From assembly GCF_964213995.1 (NCBI RefSeq), contig NW_027590255.1, positions 310,001 to 374,000 of the forward strand: 64,000 nucleotides of DNA, read 5' to 3'. The notes beneath the pieces are model-generated. The model was not told the DNA's origin and searched no databases. It worked only from the letters and a program-made list of their open reading frames with translations. The position numbers were made by a program, and so were the translations under genes. Each line of letters opens with the position of its first letter. The first letter of the stretch is position 1. Positions 11,200 through 23,191 of this stretch are shown here, one piece after another. The DNA is from Mustelus asterias (Eukaryota).

Positions 11200-13760
11200 C
11201 ATACAGTAACAGAGACTGACAGTTAATTGCATACATTATTAATAGATAGCTAGGGATTTATTTCCACAATCACACAGTAACAGATTGAGAGAGAGTTAAT
11301 TCCACATTCACACTCAGTAATAGTTTGAGAGGGAGTTAATTACACATACACAGTAATTGGCTGAGAGAGTGTCAATTTCACACTCTCACACTGTAACATA
11401 TTGAGAGAGAGTTATATCCACACTCTCACACAGTAATAGATTGAGAGAGAGTTCTTCCATCCTCACACACAACAATACAGTGAGAAACAGTTAATTCCAC
11501 GCTCGCACACAGTGCAATAGATTGAGAGAGAGTCAATTCCACACTGACACACAGTAATAGATTGAGAGTTAATTCCACACTGAAACACAGTAATAGTTTG
11601 AGAGAGAGTTAATTACACACTCACACAGTGATAGATTGAGAGATTATTCATTGCACACTCGCACACAGTAATAGATTGAGAGAGATAATTCCACACTCTC
11701 TCACAATTCAATTCAGAGGGTGTTAATTCCACACACACACACTAACAGATTGAGATGGTTAATTCCACACTATCACATAGTAATAGATTGAGAGAGAGTT
11801 AATTCCACACACTCTCAGGAATAGATTGAGAGGGAGTTTATTCCACACTCATGCATAGTAATAGAACAAAGAACAATACAGCACAGGAACAGGCCCTTCG
11901 GCCCTCCAAGCCCGCGCCGCTCCCCGGTCCAGGATTGAATCCTGAAACCAGGATCCCCGCCCAATTTTCCAGCCTATCTACATACCAATATCCTATCCAC
12001 CGAGCTGTCCCTCACAGCTACGATGCTTTGTTCATTACAACCTATTAACTCACCCCCACCCCCCTATTCCAGACCATGTGATCTCCAGGGAGAGGCGAAA
12101 ACCCAGAGTGAAATAGATGGGAGTTAATTCCACCCTCTCACACAGTAATAGATTGAGAGAGAATTAATTCCACACTCACACTCAGTAATCGATTGAGAGA
12201 GAGTTAATTCCACACACTCTCAGGAATAGATTGAGAGGGAGTTAATTCCACACTCGCACCTAGTAATAGATGTGAGTTAATTCCACCCTCTCACACAGTA
12301 ATAGATTGAGAGAGTATTATTTGCACACTCGCACTCAGTAATAGATTGAGAGATAGTTAATTCCACACTCACACTCAGTAATAGATTGTGAGAGAGTTAA
12401 TTCCACACTGACAGAGCAATAGATTGAGAGAGAGTTAATTCCACACTGACAGAGCAATAGATTGAGAGAGAGTTAATTCCAAAATCACACAGTGATAGAT
12501 TGCGAGAGAGTTAATTCAACACACACACAGCAATAGATTGAGAGAGCTACTTCCACAATCACACAGAGGAATAGATTGAGAGAGAGTTAATTCCACACAC
12601 ACGCACACATGCACACACAGTAATAGGATAGAGTTAATTCCACACTCACATACAATAATAGATTGAGAGAGTTAATTCTGCACAGTAATCGATAAAGTAT
12701 TAGAAGAGAGTCATTTCCACACTCAAACACAGTAATAGAGTGAGAGAGTTAATTCTACACTCACACACTAATAGATTGAGAGAGTTAATTCGACACTCAT
12801 ACACAGTAATAGACTGACAGAGGGTTATTTACACACTCACACACCTTAATAGATTGAGAGAGAATTAATTCTACACACAGTAACAGATTGAGAGAGTGAT
12901 AATTCTATACTCTCACATAGTAATAGATTGTCAGAGAGTTACTGCCACACTCTCACATAGTAATAGATTGAGAGAGAGTTTCTGCCACACTGACACACAG
13001 GAGTAGATTGAGACAATTATAATTGCCGCTCTCACACACTAATGGATTGAGAGAGTCAACTCCACACACACACACAGTAATAGATTGAGAGAGAGTTAGT
13101 TCCACACACACCACACACACACTCACACAGTAATAGATTGAGAGTTAGTTCCACACACACACATACACACACACACTCACACAGTAATATATTGTCAGCT
13201 CGTTAATTCCACACACTCTCACACAGTAATAGATTGAGAGAGAGTTAGTTCCACATACACACACACACAGTAATATATTGTCAGCTAGATAATTCAACAC
13301 ACTCTCACACAGTAATAGATTGAGAGGGAGAGTTAATTCCACACTCTCACAGTAATAGACTGAGAGAGAGAGTTAACCACACACTAATAGATTGTCAGTG
13401 TTACTTGCACACTCTCTCACAGTAATAGATTAAGATAGAGTTAATTCCACACCGACACACAGCAACTGATTGAGAGAAAGTTAATCCCACACCCACACAC
13501 ACTGTTAGATTGAGAGAGTTTTAATTCCACACACACACAGACAGTAATAGATTGTTAGAAGGTTAATTCCACCCAAACACAGCACTAGATTAAGATAGAG
13601 TTAATTATACACTGAGACACAGTAATAGATTGAAAGAGAGTTAATTCCACACTCTCACACTAATAGAGAGTTAATTCCACACCCATACAGTAATAGATTG
13701 AGAGAGTTGATTCTTCACGCACACTCGCTGATAGATTGAGAGAGTATTCATTGCACACTT
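11200..13760. repeat. Tandem satellite, ~38-44 bp unit (cacagtaatagattgagagagagttaattccacact)
   Basis: Dozens of imperfect copies with variable GA and CA runs. Confidence 0.95.
11862..12112 (-). mobile_element. 5'-truncated CR1 3' end inserted in the satellite
   Basis: Near-identical reverse complement of ~27880-28120. Confidence 0.85.
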
Positions 13761-13969
13761 ACACTGCTTCTAACGTGTTTACATCTTTCTTTCGATAAGG
13801 GGACCAGTACTGTATACAATCCTCCAGATGTGGTCTCACCTCGTCCTGTTCAAGTGAAGCATCAATTCCCTACAATTCCTCACATTAAGCAATAACATTC
13901 TATTTGCATTCCTAATTATTTGCTGCACATCTATATTAGCCTTTTCTGATTCATGCACTAGGAACCCAG

Positions 13970-14570
13970 AACCAGAGGGTTTTCACACAGAGTTGTGAGT
14001 GTCTGGAACGAGCTGCCAGAGGCAGTCGTAGAGGTGGGTACAATTTCGTCTTTTAAAAAGCATTTAGACACTTACATGGGTAAGATTGGTATAAATTGGA
14101 ATTGTAGGGAATTGGGGCGGCACGGTAGCACAGTGGTTAGCACTGCTGCTTCACAGCTCCAGGGACCTGGGTTCGATTCCTGGCTTGGGTCACTGTCTGT
14201 GTGGAGTTTGCACATTCTCCTCGTGTCTGCATGGGTTTCCTCTTGGTGCTCCAGTTTCCTCCCACAGTCCAATGATGTGCAGGTTAGGTTGATTGGCCAT
14301 GCTAAAATTGCCGCTTCGTGTCTCGAGATGCGTAGGTTCGAGGGATTAGCGGGTAAATATGTCGGGATAAGGGGGTAGGGCCGGGATGGGATTGTGGTCG
14401 GTGCAGACTCGATGGGCCAAATGGCCTCTTTCTGCACTATAGGGCTTCTATGATTCTGAAGGGATACAGGCCGAATGCAGGCAATTGAGACTAGCTTAGT
14501 GGTATAAACAGGGCAGCTTGGACAAGTTGGGCCAAAGAGCTGTTTCCATGCTGTAAACCTCTATGACTCC
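13970..14570 (+). mobile_element. CR1 3' end, interrupted by a SINE
   Basis: FTQRVVSVWNELP...FKKHLD, then tail ctgtaaacctctatgactc. Confidence 0.75.
14114..14457 (+). mobile_element. HE1-like V-SINE, full length
   Basis: gggcggcacggtagcacagtggttagc (A box), gggttcgattcc (B box), V-domain, CR1-type tail. Confidence 0.85.
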
Positions 14571-16265
14571 AAGGATCCTATCAGCCTTATTAATAACTGT
14601 TTCAACTTGCCTTGCCCGCAACAGAGCATTATACACTTGAAACCCAAGTTCTCTCTGCTCCTGTACTTCCCCTAAATGCTGTACCATAATGGGCATATTT
14701 TCGCCTCATGTTTCTTGTACCAAAATGCATTTCCTCACATTTTGCTGCATTGCAATTCATCTGCCAGGTGTCTGCCCATTTGGGCAACTTGTCAATGTCC
14801 CTCTAAAGTCACTCAGCATCATTCTCACAATTCACTATTCTCCCCAGCTTGGTATTGTATGCAAATCTTGCCCTTTACAGCGATCTCTAAATGGTTTATA
14901 TAAATCAGAAAAAGCAAGTGTCCCAACACTGATCCCTGGGGAACACCACTTTCAACTCGTCTCGAGTCTGAGAAATGCACATCTGTACCCAACCTCTGTT
15001 TCCTATCTTTCAGCCAACTTCTAATCCATGCTGCCAAGGACCCATCAATCACAAACATTTCTAATTCGCTCACCAACCTGCCATGTGGCACCATATCAAA
15101 TGCTTTCTGAAAGTCCAAATATACAACATCCACGGCACTACCCTCATCCAATGTCTGTGTCTCATCTTGCCAAACATGACCTGCCCTTGAGAAAATTATG
15201 TCATCTGCCGAGTATGAACTTATATTTCTCTGAGAGTATATCTATATCTTATTTCATACTGTGGCCTCCATCTGTTTTCTCACTATTGATGTCCAGCTGA
15301 GAGGTCTGTAGTTTCCTGGGGTATCCTTTGCCCCTTTCCTGAAAAACAGCATTACATTTGCAATCCTCCAATCCCATGGGACTAATTCTGTGTTCAAAGA
15401 GGCCAGGAAGTTTCTGTCAATGGCTGCGCAATTTGCTCCCTCACCTCTCAGCAATCTACGATGCATCCAGTCTGGACCTGGTGACTTCTCTACTGAGAGT
15501 GCTGCCAGAGTTTTAGTGCCTCTTCTTTATCTATCACTATACTGTTCAGTTACTGAGCACCCATATTTTCAACAAGGCCATTGTCACATTGTTTAATTTT
15601 GTAAAGACAGAAGCACCGTACTCATTTAGTATCTCTGCCATACCCTCTGCTTCAGTGACCAGTTTACCCTGCTCGTCCCTTATGAGCCCCACTTTATCCT
15701 TCACTAACCTTTTCACATGTATATGTTTGAAGAACATTTTACTATTTGTTTTAGCGCAGCCTGCTATCCTTTCCTCATGCTCCCTCTTAGCCTCCCTTAT
15801 TAAAGCCTTAGCCTCTCTCCTGCATTTGAACTGTTTTTCCTGATTTCTATTGCTATTATTATTCCAGCATGCATCCTATGTCTCTTTTTTCTTCCTTATT
15901 TTCTCATCAATATCCTTAGACTCCAGGATACTCTAGCTTTGGATGCCGTGTATTTATTTCTGGTGGCTATGTGCCTGGCTGGCACCCTATTCATCTCAAC
16001 TTTGAAAGTCTCAATTTTTCATCCACTGTTTCATCCTCGCAATTTGCCTCATTTGCCACATTTTGCCAATTCACATAACCTATCTGTTTCCTTTTGTAGC
16101 CTCCTTACGTACACTTTGCAATTAATTTCTTGTCAATCTTTATGCTGTCAGCAAATTTAACAACCGTATCTTCAGTCCCTTCATCAAAGTCATTTTTATA
16201 AATTGTAACAAGTTGTGGCCCTGGTACAGATACACCATTCGACATATCCTGCCACCCAGAAAAAG

Positions 16266-16390
16266 ATGTGGAGATGCTGGCATTGGACTGGGGTAAACAC
16301 AGTAAGAAGTCTTACAACACCAGGTTAAAGTCCAACAGGTTTATTTGGTAGCAAAAGCCACCAGCTTTCGGAACAGGCTGCCCCTTCGTC
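16266..16390 (-). mobile_element. Penelope-like 3' end fragment
   Basis: Same terminus as 40194-40330; truncated inside the hammerhead-like motif. Confidence 0.75.
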
Positions 16391-16502
16391 GTCGAATAGC
16401 TGTCAGGGTAACAGCCTGTAGTTCCCTGTTTTCTCTCTCCATCCCTTTTTGAATAAAGGTGTTACACTTTCTATATTTCATTCTAATGGAACATTCTCTG
16501 AA

Positions 16503-16659
16503 CAATAAGAAGTCTCACATCACCAGGTTAAAGTCCAATAGGTTTATTTGGTAGCACAAGGTTTACTTAGTAGTAAAATAAACCTGTTGGACTTTAACCT
16601 GGTGTTGTAAGACTTCTTATTGTGCTTACCCCCCAGTCCAACGTCGGCATCTCCACATC
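16503..16659. mobile_element. Penelope-derived mini fold-back with 12-bp TSD
   Basis: Inverted arms plus tail; acattctctgaa at 16491-16502 and 16660-16671. Confidence 0.8.
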
Positions 16660-17365
16660 ACATTCTCTGAAGCCAGGGAATTTTGCAAAATTAAAACAAA
16701 TGCATCAGCTATCTCATTAGCCACTGATTTCATGTCCTGAGTGTGAAGCCCATCCGGACACAGGGATTTGTCAGCCTCCAGATCCGACAATTTGCTCAAT
16801 ACCACTTTCCCTGGTGATTGTAATTTTCCTGAGTTCCTCCCACCCTTCCATTTGCTGATTTCCAGCTATTTTTGGGATGTTACTTGTGTCCTCTATAGTG
16901 AACACAAATGAAAACTACCTGTTCAATTCATTTGTCAACATCCTATTTTCCATTATCAATTCCCCAGATGCACTTTCGATAGAACCAATGCTCACTTTAA
17001 CTCTTTTATTGTTTAAATACCTACGGAAACTCTGACTATCCACCTTCATGTTACTGGCTGCTTGTCATCTTCAGCTTGTTAATTTCCTGATAAACTCAGC
17101 TTTAAAAATTGTTTGTGGACAATTCAACATTCCCACCATCCTCTATCAAGAAGCTTTTCCTGAAATTAAGTAAGGGGATCAGGGATTATGGGGAACAGGC
17201 AGAACAGTGCGGATGAGAAAAATATCAGCTATGCTTCATTGGCAGAGCAGACTCAAGCGGCCAAGTGACCTAATTCTTATATCTTATATTCTTATATCTT
17301 ATGGTCTAAATTATCCCTGAAATGTCTCACTCTCATTTTACGGTGAGGTTCCCCCATTCAGAGCT

Positions 17366-20300
17366 AACATAGAACATAGAACAGTACAGCACAGAACAGG
17401 CCCTTCAGCCCACGATGTTGTGCCGAGCTTTATCTGAAACCAAGATCAAGCTATCCCACTCCCTATCATCCTGGTGTGCTCCATGTGCCTATCCAATAAC
17501 CGCTTAAATGTTCCTAAAGTGTCTGACTCTACTATCACTGCAGGCAGTCCATTCCACACCCCAACCACTCTCTGCGTAAAGAACCTACCTCTGATATCCT
17601 TCCTGTATCTCCCACCACGAACCCTATAGTTATGCCCCCTTGTAATAGCTCCATCCACCCGAGGAAATAGTCTTTGAACGTTCACTCTATCTATCCCCTT
17701 CATCATTTTATAAACCTCTATTAAGTCTCCCCTCAGCCTCCTCCGCTCCAGAGAGAACAGCCCTAGCTCCCACAACCTTTCCTCATAAGACCTACCCTCC
17801 AAACCAGGCAGCATCCTGGTAAATCTCCTCTGCATTCTTTCCAGCGCTTCCACATCCTTCCTATAGTGAGGTGACCAGAACTGCACACAGTACTCCAAAT
17901 GTGGTCTCACCAAGGTCCTGTACAGTTGCAGCATAACCCCACGGCTCTTAAACTCCAACCCCCTGTTAATAAAAGCTAACACACTATAGGCCTTCTTCAC
18001 AGCTCTATCCACTTGAGTGGCAACCTTTAGAGATCTGTGGATATGAACCCCAAGATCTCTCTGTTCCTCCACAGTCTTCAGAACCCTACCTTTGACTCTG
18101 TAATCCACATTTAAATTAGTCCTACCAAAATGAATCACCTCACATTTATCAGTCCAAAGATGTGCGGGTTAGGTTGATTGGCCAGGTTAAAAATTGCCCC
18201 TTAGAGTCCTGGGATGTGTAGGTTAGAGGGTAAATATGTGGGGGTAGGGCCTGGGTGGGATTGTGGTCGGTGCAGACTCGATGGGCCGAATGGCCTCCTT
18301 CTGCACTGTAGGGTTTCTATGGTTTCTATGGTTTAAACTCCATTTGCCATTTTTCAGCCCAGCTTTGCATCCTATCTATGTCTCTTTGCAGCCTACAACA
18401 GCCCTCCACCTCATCCACTACTCCACCAATCTTGGTGTCATCAGCAAATTTACTGATCCACCCTTCAGCCCCCTCCTCTAAGTCATTAATAAAAATCACA
18501 AAGAGCAGTGGACCAAGCACTGATCCCTGCGGCACTCCGCTAGCAAGCTGCCTCAAATCCGAAAATTTTCCATCGACCACCACCCTCTGTCTTCGATCAG
18601 ACAGCCAGTTACCTATCCAATCGGCCAACTTTCCCTCTATCCCACACCTCCTCACTTTCATCATAAGCCGACCATGGGGGACCTTATCAAACGCCTTACT
18701 AAAATCCATGTATATGACATCAACTGCCCTACCTTCATCAACACACTTAGTTACCTCCTCAAAAAATTCTATCAAATTTGTGAGGCACGACTTGCCCTTC
18801 ACGAATCCATGCTGACTATCCCGGATTAATCCGCATCTTTCTAAATGGTCGTCAATCCCATCTCTAAGGACCTTTTCCATCAATTTACCAACCACCGAAG
18901 TAAGACTAACCGGTCTATAATGACCAGGGTCATTTCTATTCCCTTTCTTAAACAGAGGAACAACATTCGCCATTCTCCAGTCCTCTGGCACCATCCCCGT
19001 GGACAGCGAGGACCCAAAGATCAAAGCCAAAGGCTCTGCAATCTCATCCCTTGCCTCCCAAAGAATCCTCGGATACATTTCATCAGGCCCAGGGGACTTA
19101 TCGACCTTCAGTTTATTCAAAACTGCCAGGAAATCCTCCCTCCAAACATCTATTTCCTCCAGCCTATTCGCCTGTAACACCTTCTCTTCCTCAAAAACAT
19201 GGCCCCTCTCCTTGGTGAACACTGAAGAAAAGTATTCATTCATCACCTCGCCTATCTCTACTGACTCCATACACAAGTTCCCACTACTGTCCTTGACCGG
19301 CCCTAACCTCACCCTGGTCATTCTTTTATTCCTCACATAAGAGTAAAAAGCCTTGGGGTTTTCCTTGATCCGACCCGCCAAGGACTTCTCGTGTCCCCTC
19401 CTAGCTCTCCTAAGCCCCTTTTTCAGCTCATCCCTTGCTAACTTGTAACCCTTAATCGAGCCATCTGAATCTTGTTTCCTCATCCCTACATAAGCTTCCC
19501 TCTTCCTTTTCACAAGACATTCCACCTCTTTCGTGAACCATGGTTCCCTCACTCGGCCATTTCCTCCCTGCCTGACAGGGACATACCTATCAAGGACATC
19601 CAGTATTTGTTCCTTGAAAAAGTTCCACTTTTCATTAGTTCCTTTCCCTGACAGTTTCTGTTCCCAACTTATGCCCACTAATTCTTGCCTAATCGCATCA
19701 TAATTACCTCTACCCCAATTGTAAACCTTGCCCTGCCGTACGGCCCTATCCCTCGCCATTGCAATAACAAAAGACACCGAATTGTGGTCACTATCTCCAA
19801 AGTGCTCTCCCACAACCAAATCTAACACTTGGCCTAGTTCATTTCCCAGTACCAAATCCAATGTGGCCTCACCTCTTGTCGTCCTATCCACATATTGTGT
19901 CAGGAAACCCTCCTGTACACACTGCACAAAAACTGCCCCATCCGAACTATTTGACCTACAAAGGTTCCAATCAATATTTGGAAAGTTAAAGTCCCCCATG
20001 ACAACTACCCTGTGACCCCCACACATATGCATAATCTGCTTAGCAATTTCTTCCCCCACATCTCTATTACTATTTGGGGGCCTATAGTAAACTCCTAACA
20101 ACGTGACCGCTCCTTTCCTATTTCTACCCTCAGCCCATATTACCTCAGTGAGCAGATCCCCCTCGAAGTGCCTTTCCGCAGCCGTTAAACTATCCTTGAT
20201 TAACAATGCCACTCCTCCACCTCTTTTACCAGCTTCCCTACACTTAGTGAAACATCTATACCCCGGAACATCCAACAACCATTCCTGTCCTTGTTCTACC

Positions 20301-21250
20301 CACATCTCCGTAATGGCCACAACATCGTAGTCCCAAGTACCAATCCACGCCCCAAGTTCATCTACCTTGTTCCGGATGCTCCTTGCATTGAAGTAGACAC
20401 ACTTCAACCCACCTTCCTGTCTACCGGTACCCACCCTTGACCCTGATACCTTCCCCAATACCTCACCACCCTCACTGACTTCTGGACTACAACTCCTTTT
20501 CCCACTCCCCTGACAAATTAGTTTAAACCCCCCTAAAGAGCCGTAACAAATTTCCCTCCCAGGATATTGGTGCCCCTCTGGTTCAGGTGCACCCTGTCCT
20601 GTTTGTACAGGTCCCACCTTCCCCAGAATGTGTTCCAATTATCCACGTATCTGAAACCCTCCCTCCTACACCATCCCTGCAACCACATGTTTAACTGCAC
20701 TCTCTCCCTATTCCTCAACTCGCTATCACGTGGTACCGGCAACGTACCACATGATGGCACATGATGATACCACAGATGACCACATGTTTTGTCTTGGCTC
20801 TCAGCTTCCAGCCCAGCTCCAGAAATTCCTGCTTTAAATCCCCGTCCCTTCTCTTACCTATGTCATTGGTACCAATGTGTACCACGACTTGTGACTGTTT
20901 CCCCTCCCCCTTCAGAATCCGGAAAACACGGTCTGAGACGTCACGGACCTTGGCATCCGGTAGGCAACATACCATCCGTGAGTCTCTTTTGCTGCCACAG
21001 AACCTCCTATCTATCCCTCTAACTAACGAGTCCCCAATTACTATTGCCCTCCCACTCTGCCCCTTACCCTCCCGAGCCACAGAGATGGACACAGTGCTGG
21101 AGATCCTCTCACTGCGGCTCACCACTGGTATGTCATCCCCCTCAACCTTATCCAAAGCGGAATACTTGTTGCTAAGGGGAACGACCACCGGGGATCCCTG
21201 CACGGACTGCTTTCTCCCAGCCCCTCTCACCGTCACCCATCTGTTTTCAT
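17366..21250 (-). mobile_element. CR1/HER1-type LINE, 5'-truncated: ORF1 esterase, ORF2 APE+RT split by a SINE
   Basis: IVIGDS...VVVHIGTND (SGNH); CVYFNARSI, MGDFN, SDHN, YMDFSKAFD, PQGSVLGP, FADD; ORF 17446-18138 completes ORF2; (ttctatg)n tail. Confidence 0.95.
18151..18333 (+). mobile_element. 5'-truncated HE1-like SINE inside CR1 ORF2
   Basis: Matches 3' half of 14114-14457. Confidence 0.85.
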
Positions 21251-21560
21251 TCTAACAGTTTATCTCTCTGCACCCGATCAAATCATTCACTGTAAACATC
21301 TCACTCACATCACCACTTAATCTTCCATGTTCAGGTTATTACAGGACTAGTCTTTGCAATCTGTCCTCATCATTTGAGTCTGGCATCACTGCTGAAATTC
21401 TGCTGCTCCCACTCCAAGGCCAATCTAATCTTCCTGGGTTGAACACAGTGATCTAAATGGGGTCTGAACAGAGTTTTCTGCAACTGTAACACAAATTCCA
21501 ATCCTTCATAGACTATTAGCTTTATTACTTCACCTACCAGTTAATGATGTCTGTACACTG

Positions 21561-21920
21561 GGGGAGGTGATGGCCGAGTGGTATTATCACTATGCTATTA
21601 ATCCAGAAACTCAGCTAATGTTCTGGGGACCCGGGTTCGAATCCTGCCACAGCAGTTGATGGAATTTAAATTTGATAAAAAAATATCTGGAATTAAGAAT
21701 CTACTGATGACCGTGAAGCTATTGCCGATTGTCAGAAAATCCTATCTGGTTCACTTCCTTCAGGGAAGAAATCTGCCGTCCTTACCCGGTATGGCCGTCA
21801 TGTGACTCCAGAGCCACAGCACTGTGGTTGACTCTCAACAGTCCTCTGAACAAGGGCAACTCAGGATGTGCATTAAATGCTGGCCAGTCAGCGATGCCCA
21901 TGTCCCACAAATGAATTTTA
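21561..21920 (+). mobile_element. SacSINE1-like tRNA-derived SINE
   Basis: ggggaggtgatggccgagtgg (A box), gggttcgaatcc (B box), body and short A-rich tail. Confidence 0.75.
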
Positions 21921-22612
21921 TAAAAACACGGCCCTCTGTTCGTCTACAGTTTCCTGCATCTCGCCACAAACATAACCACTCTGCTCTATTACATCACAAG
22001 GACGTTTTAAACGAAATGTGTTCCCAAGGATAATCTGTTTCTGTCACTATGAACTTTTCTCGTTGTTCTTTCAGCCGGTGTAAATCCAGAGAATGGAAGG
22101 GATGGAGGGAAAAATCTTTCCCGAATCCTATTTGGTCATCATTCCAATAACATTTGGGTAAGGAAATCTAATCGTCAGTCTCTGTGAAAAGCTGTAAACG
22201 GCACCTTCCTATTCGATGGTTAGAATGTAAAATGGAATAACTTCGACTGCTGTTTGTGTCTCCTGTCCTGTATACCAAACATTAACCCAGAATTCACTCA
22301 CTGCGATAGGAGAATGAAGCACATTGAAAGAAAATGTTAAAGCCGCACCTGCGATTGGTGACGGGAAGAGCTGAATGAAAGCAAATCAATAGAAGGGATT
22401 TGAAATCTCTGACTAAGGGCGACATTGATTTGAATTCGCTCCTTTCCCACAATGAAATTGGCGGGCTTTTGGAAATGGACAAATTCTCTGCTTCTGCCGG
22501 TTGTTGTGGGGAAATCCCGCCCTCTTCTGTTTCCAGTGAGCTGATTGGTGAAGAATATAGGCAAATGAGGTGAATAGAGCAGCGGCCAATCAGAGGAGCT
22601 GTTAGTTTATAA

Positions 22613-23062
<450 letters not shown>

Positions 23063-23092
23063 AGCGCCCATTCTTTAATCTGATAACCCAAA

Positions 23093-23108
23093 GGCTCTTT
23101 TCAGAGCC
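23093..23108 (+). terminator. Histone 3' stem-loop (H2A)
   Basis: ggctcttttcagagcc. Confidence 0.95.
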
Positions 23109-23191
23109 ACTCATTTTACCTGAAAAAGGGCGAGCTGGTGTCTATCGGTCAGTTTCTGCACTGTTATTCACAGTACAGCTGTTTCCCGCTT

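Larger units (their letters stand above)
14570..17090 (-). mobile_element. Degenerate CR1 ORF2 fragments
   Basis: AVDVVYLDFQKAFD, GVPQGSVLG, DWRIANV...GNYRP in short ORFs. Confidence 0.75.

Noticed and set aside
11200-13760. CRISPR-like repeat-spacer array
   Set aside because: No unique spacers or cas genes; degenerate eukaryotic tandem repeat
14114-14185. tRNA genes at SINE heads (also 9056, 21561)
   Set aside because: A/B boxes without a cloverleaf, continuing into SINE bodies
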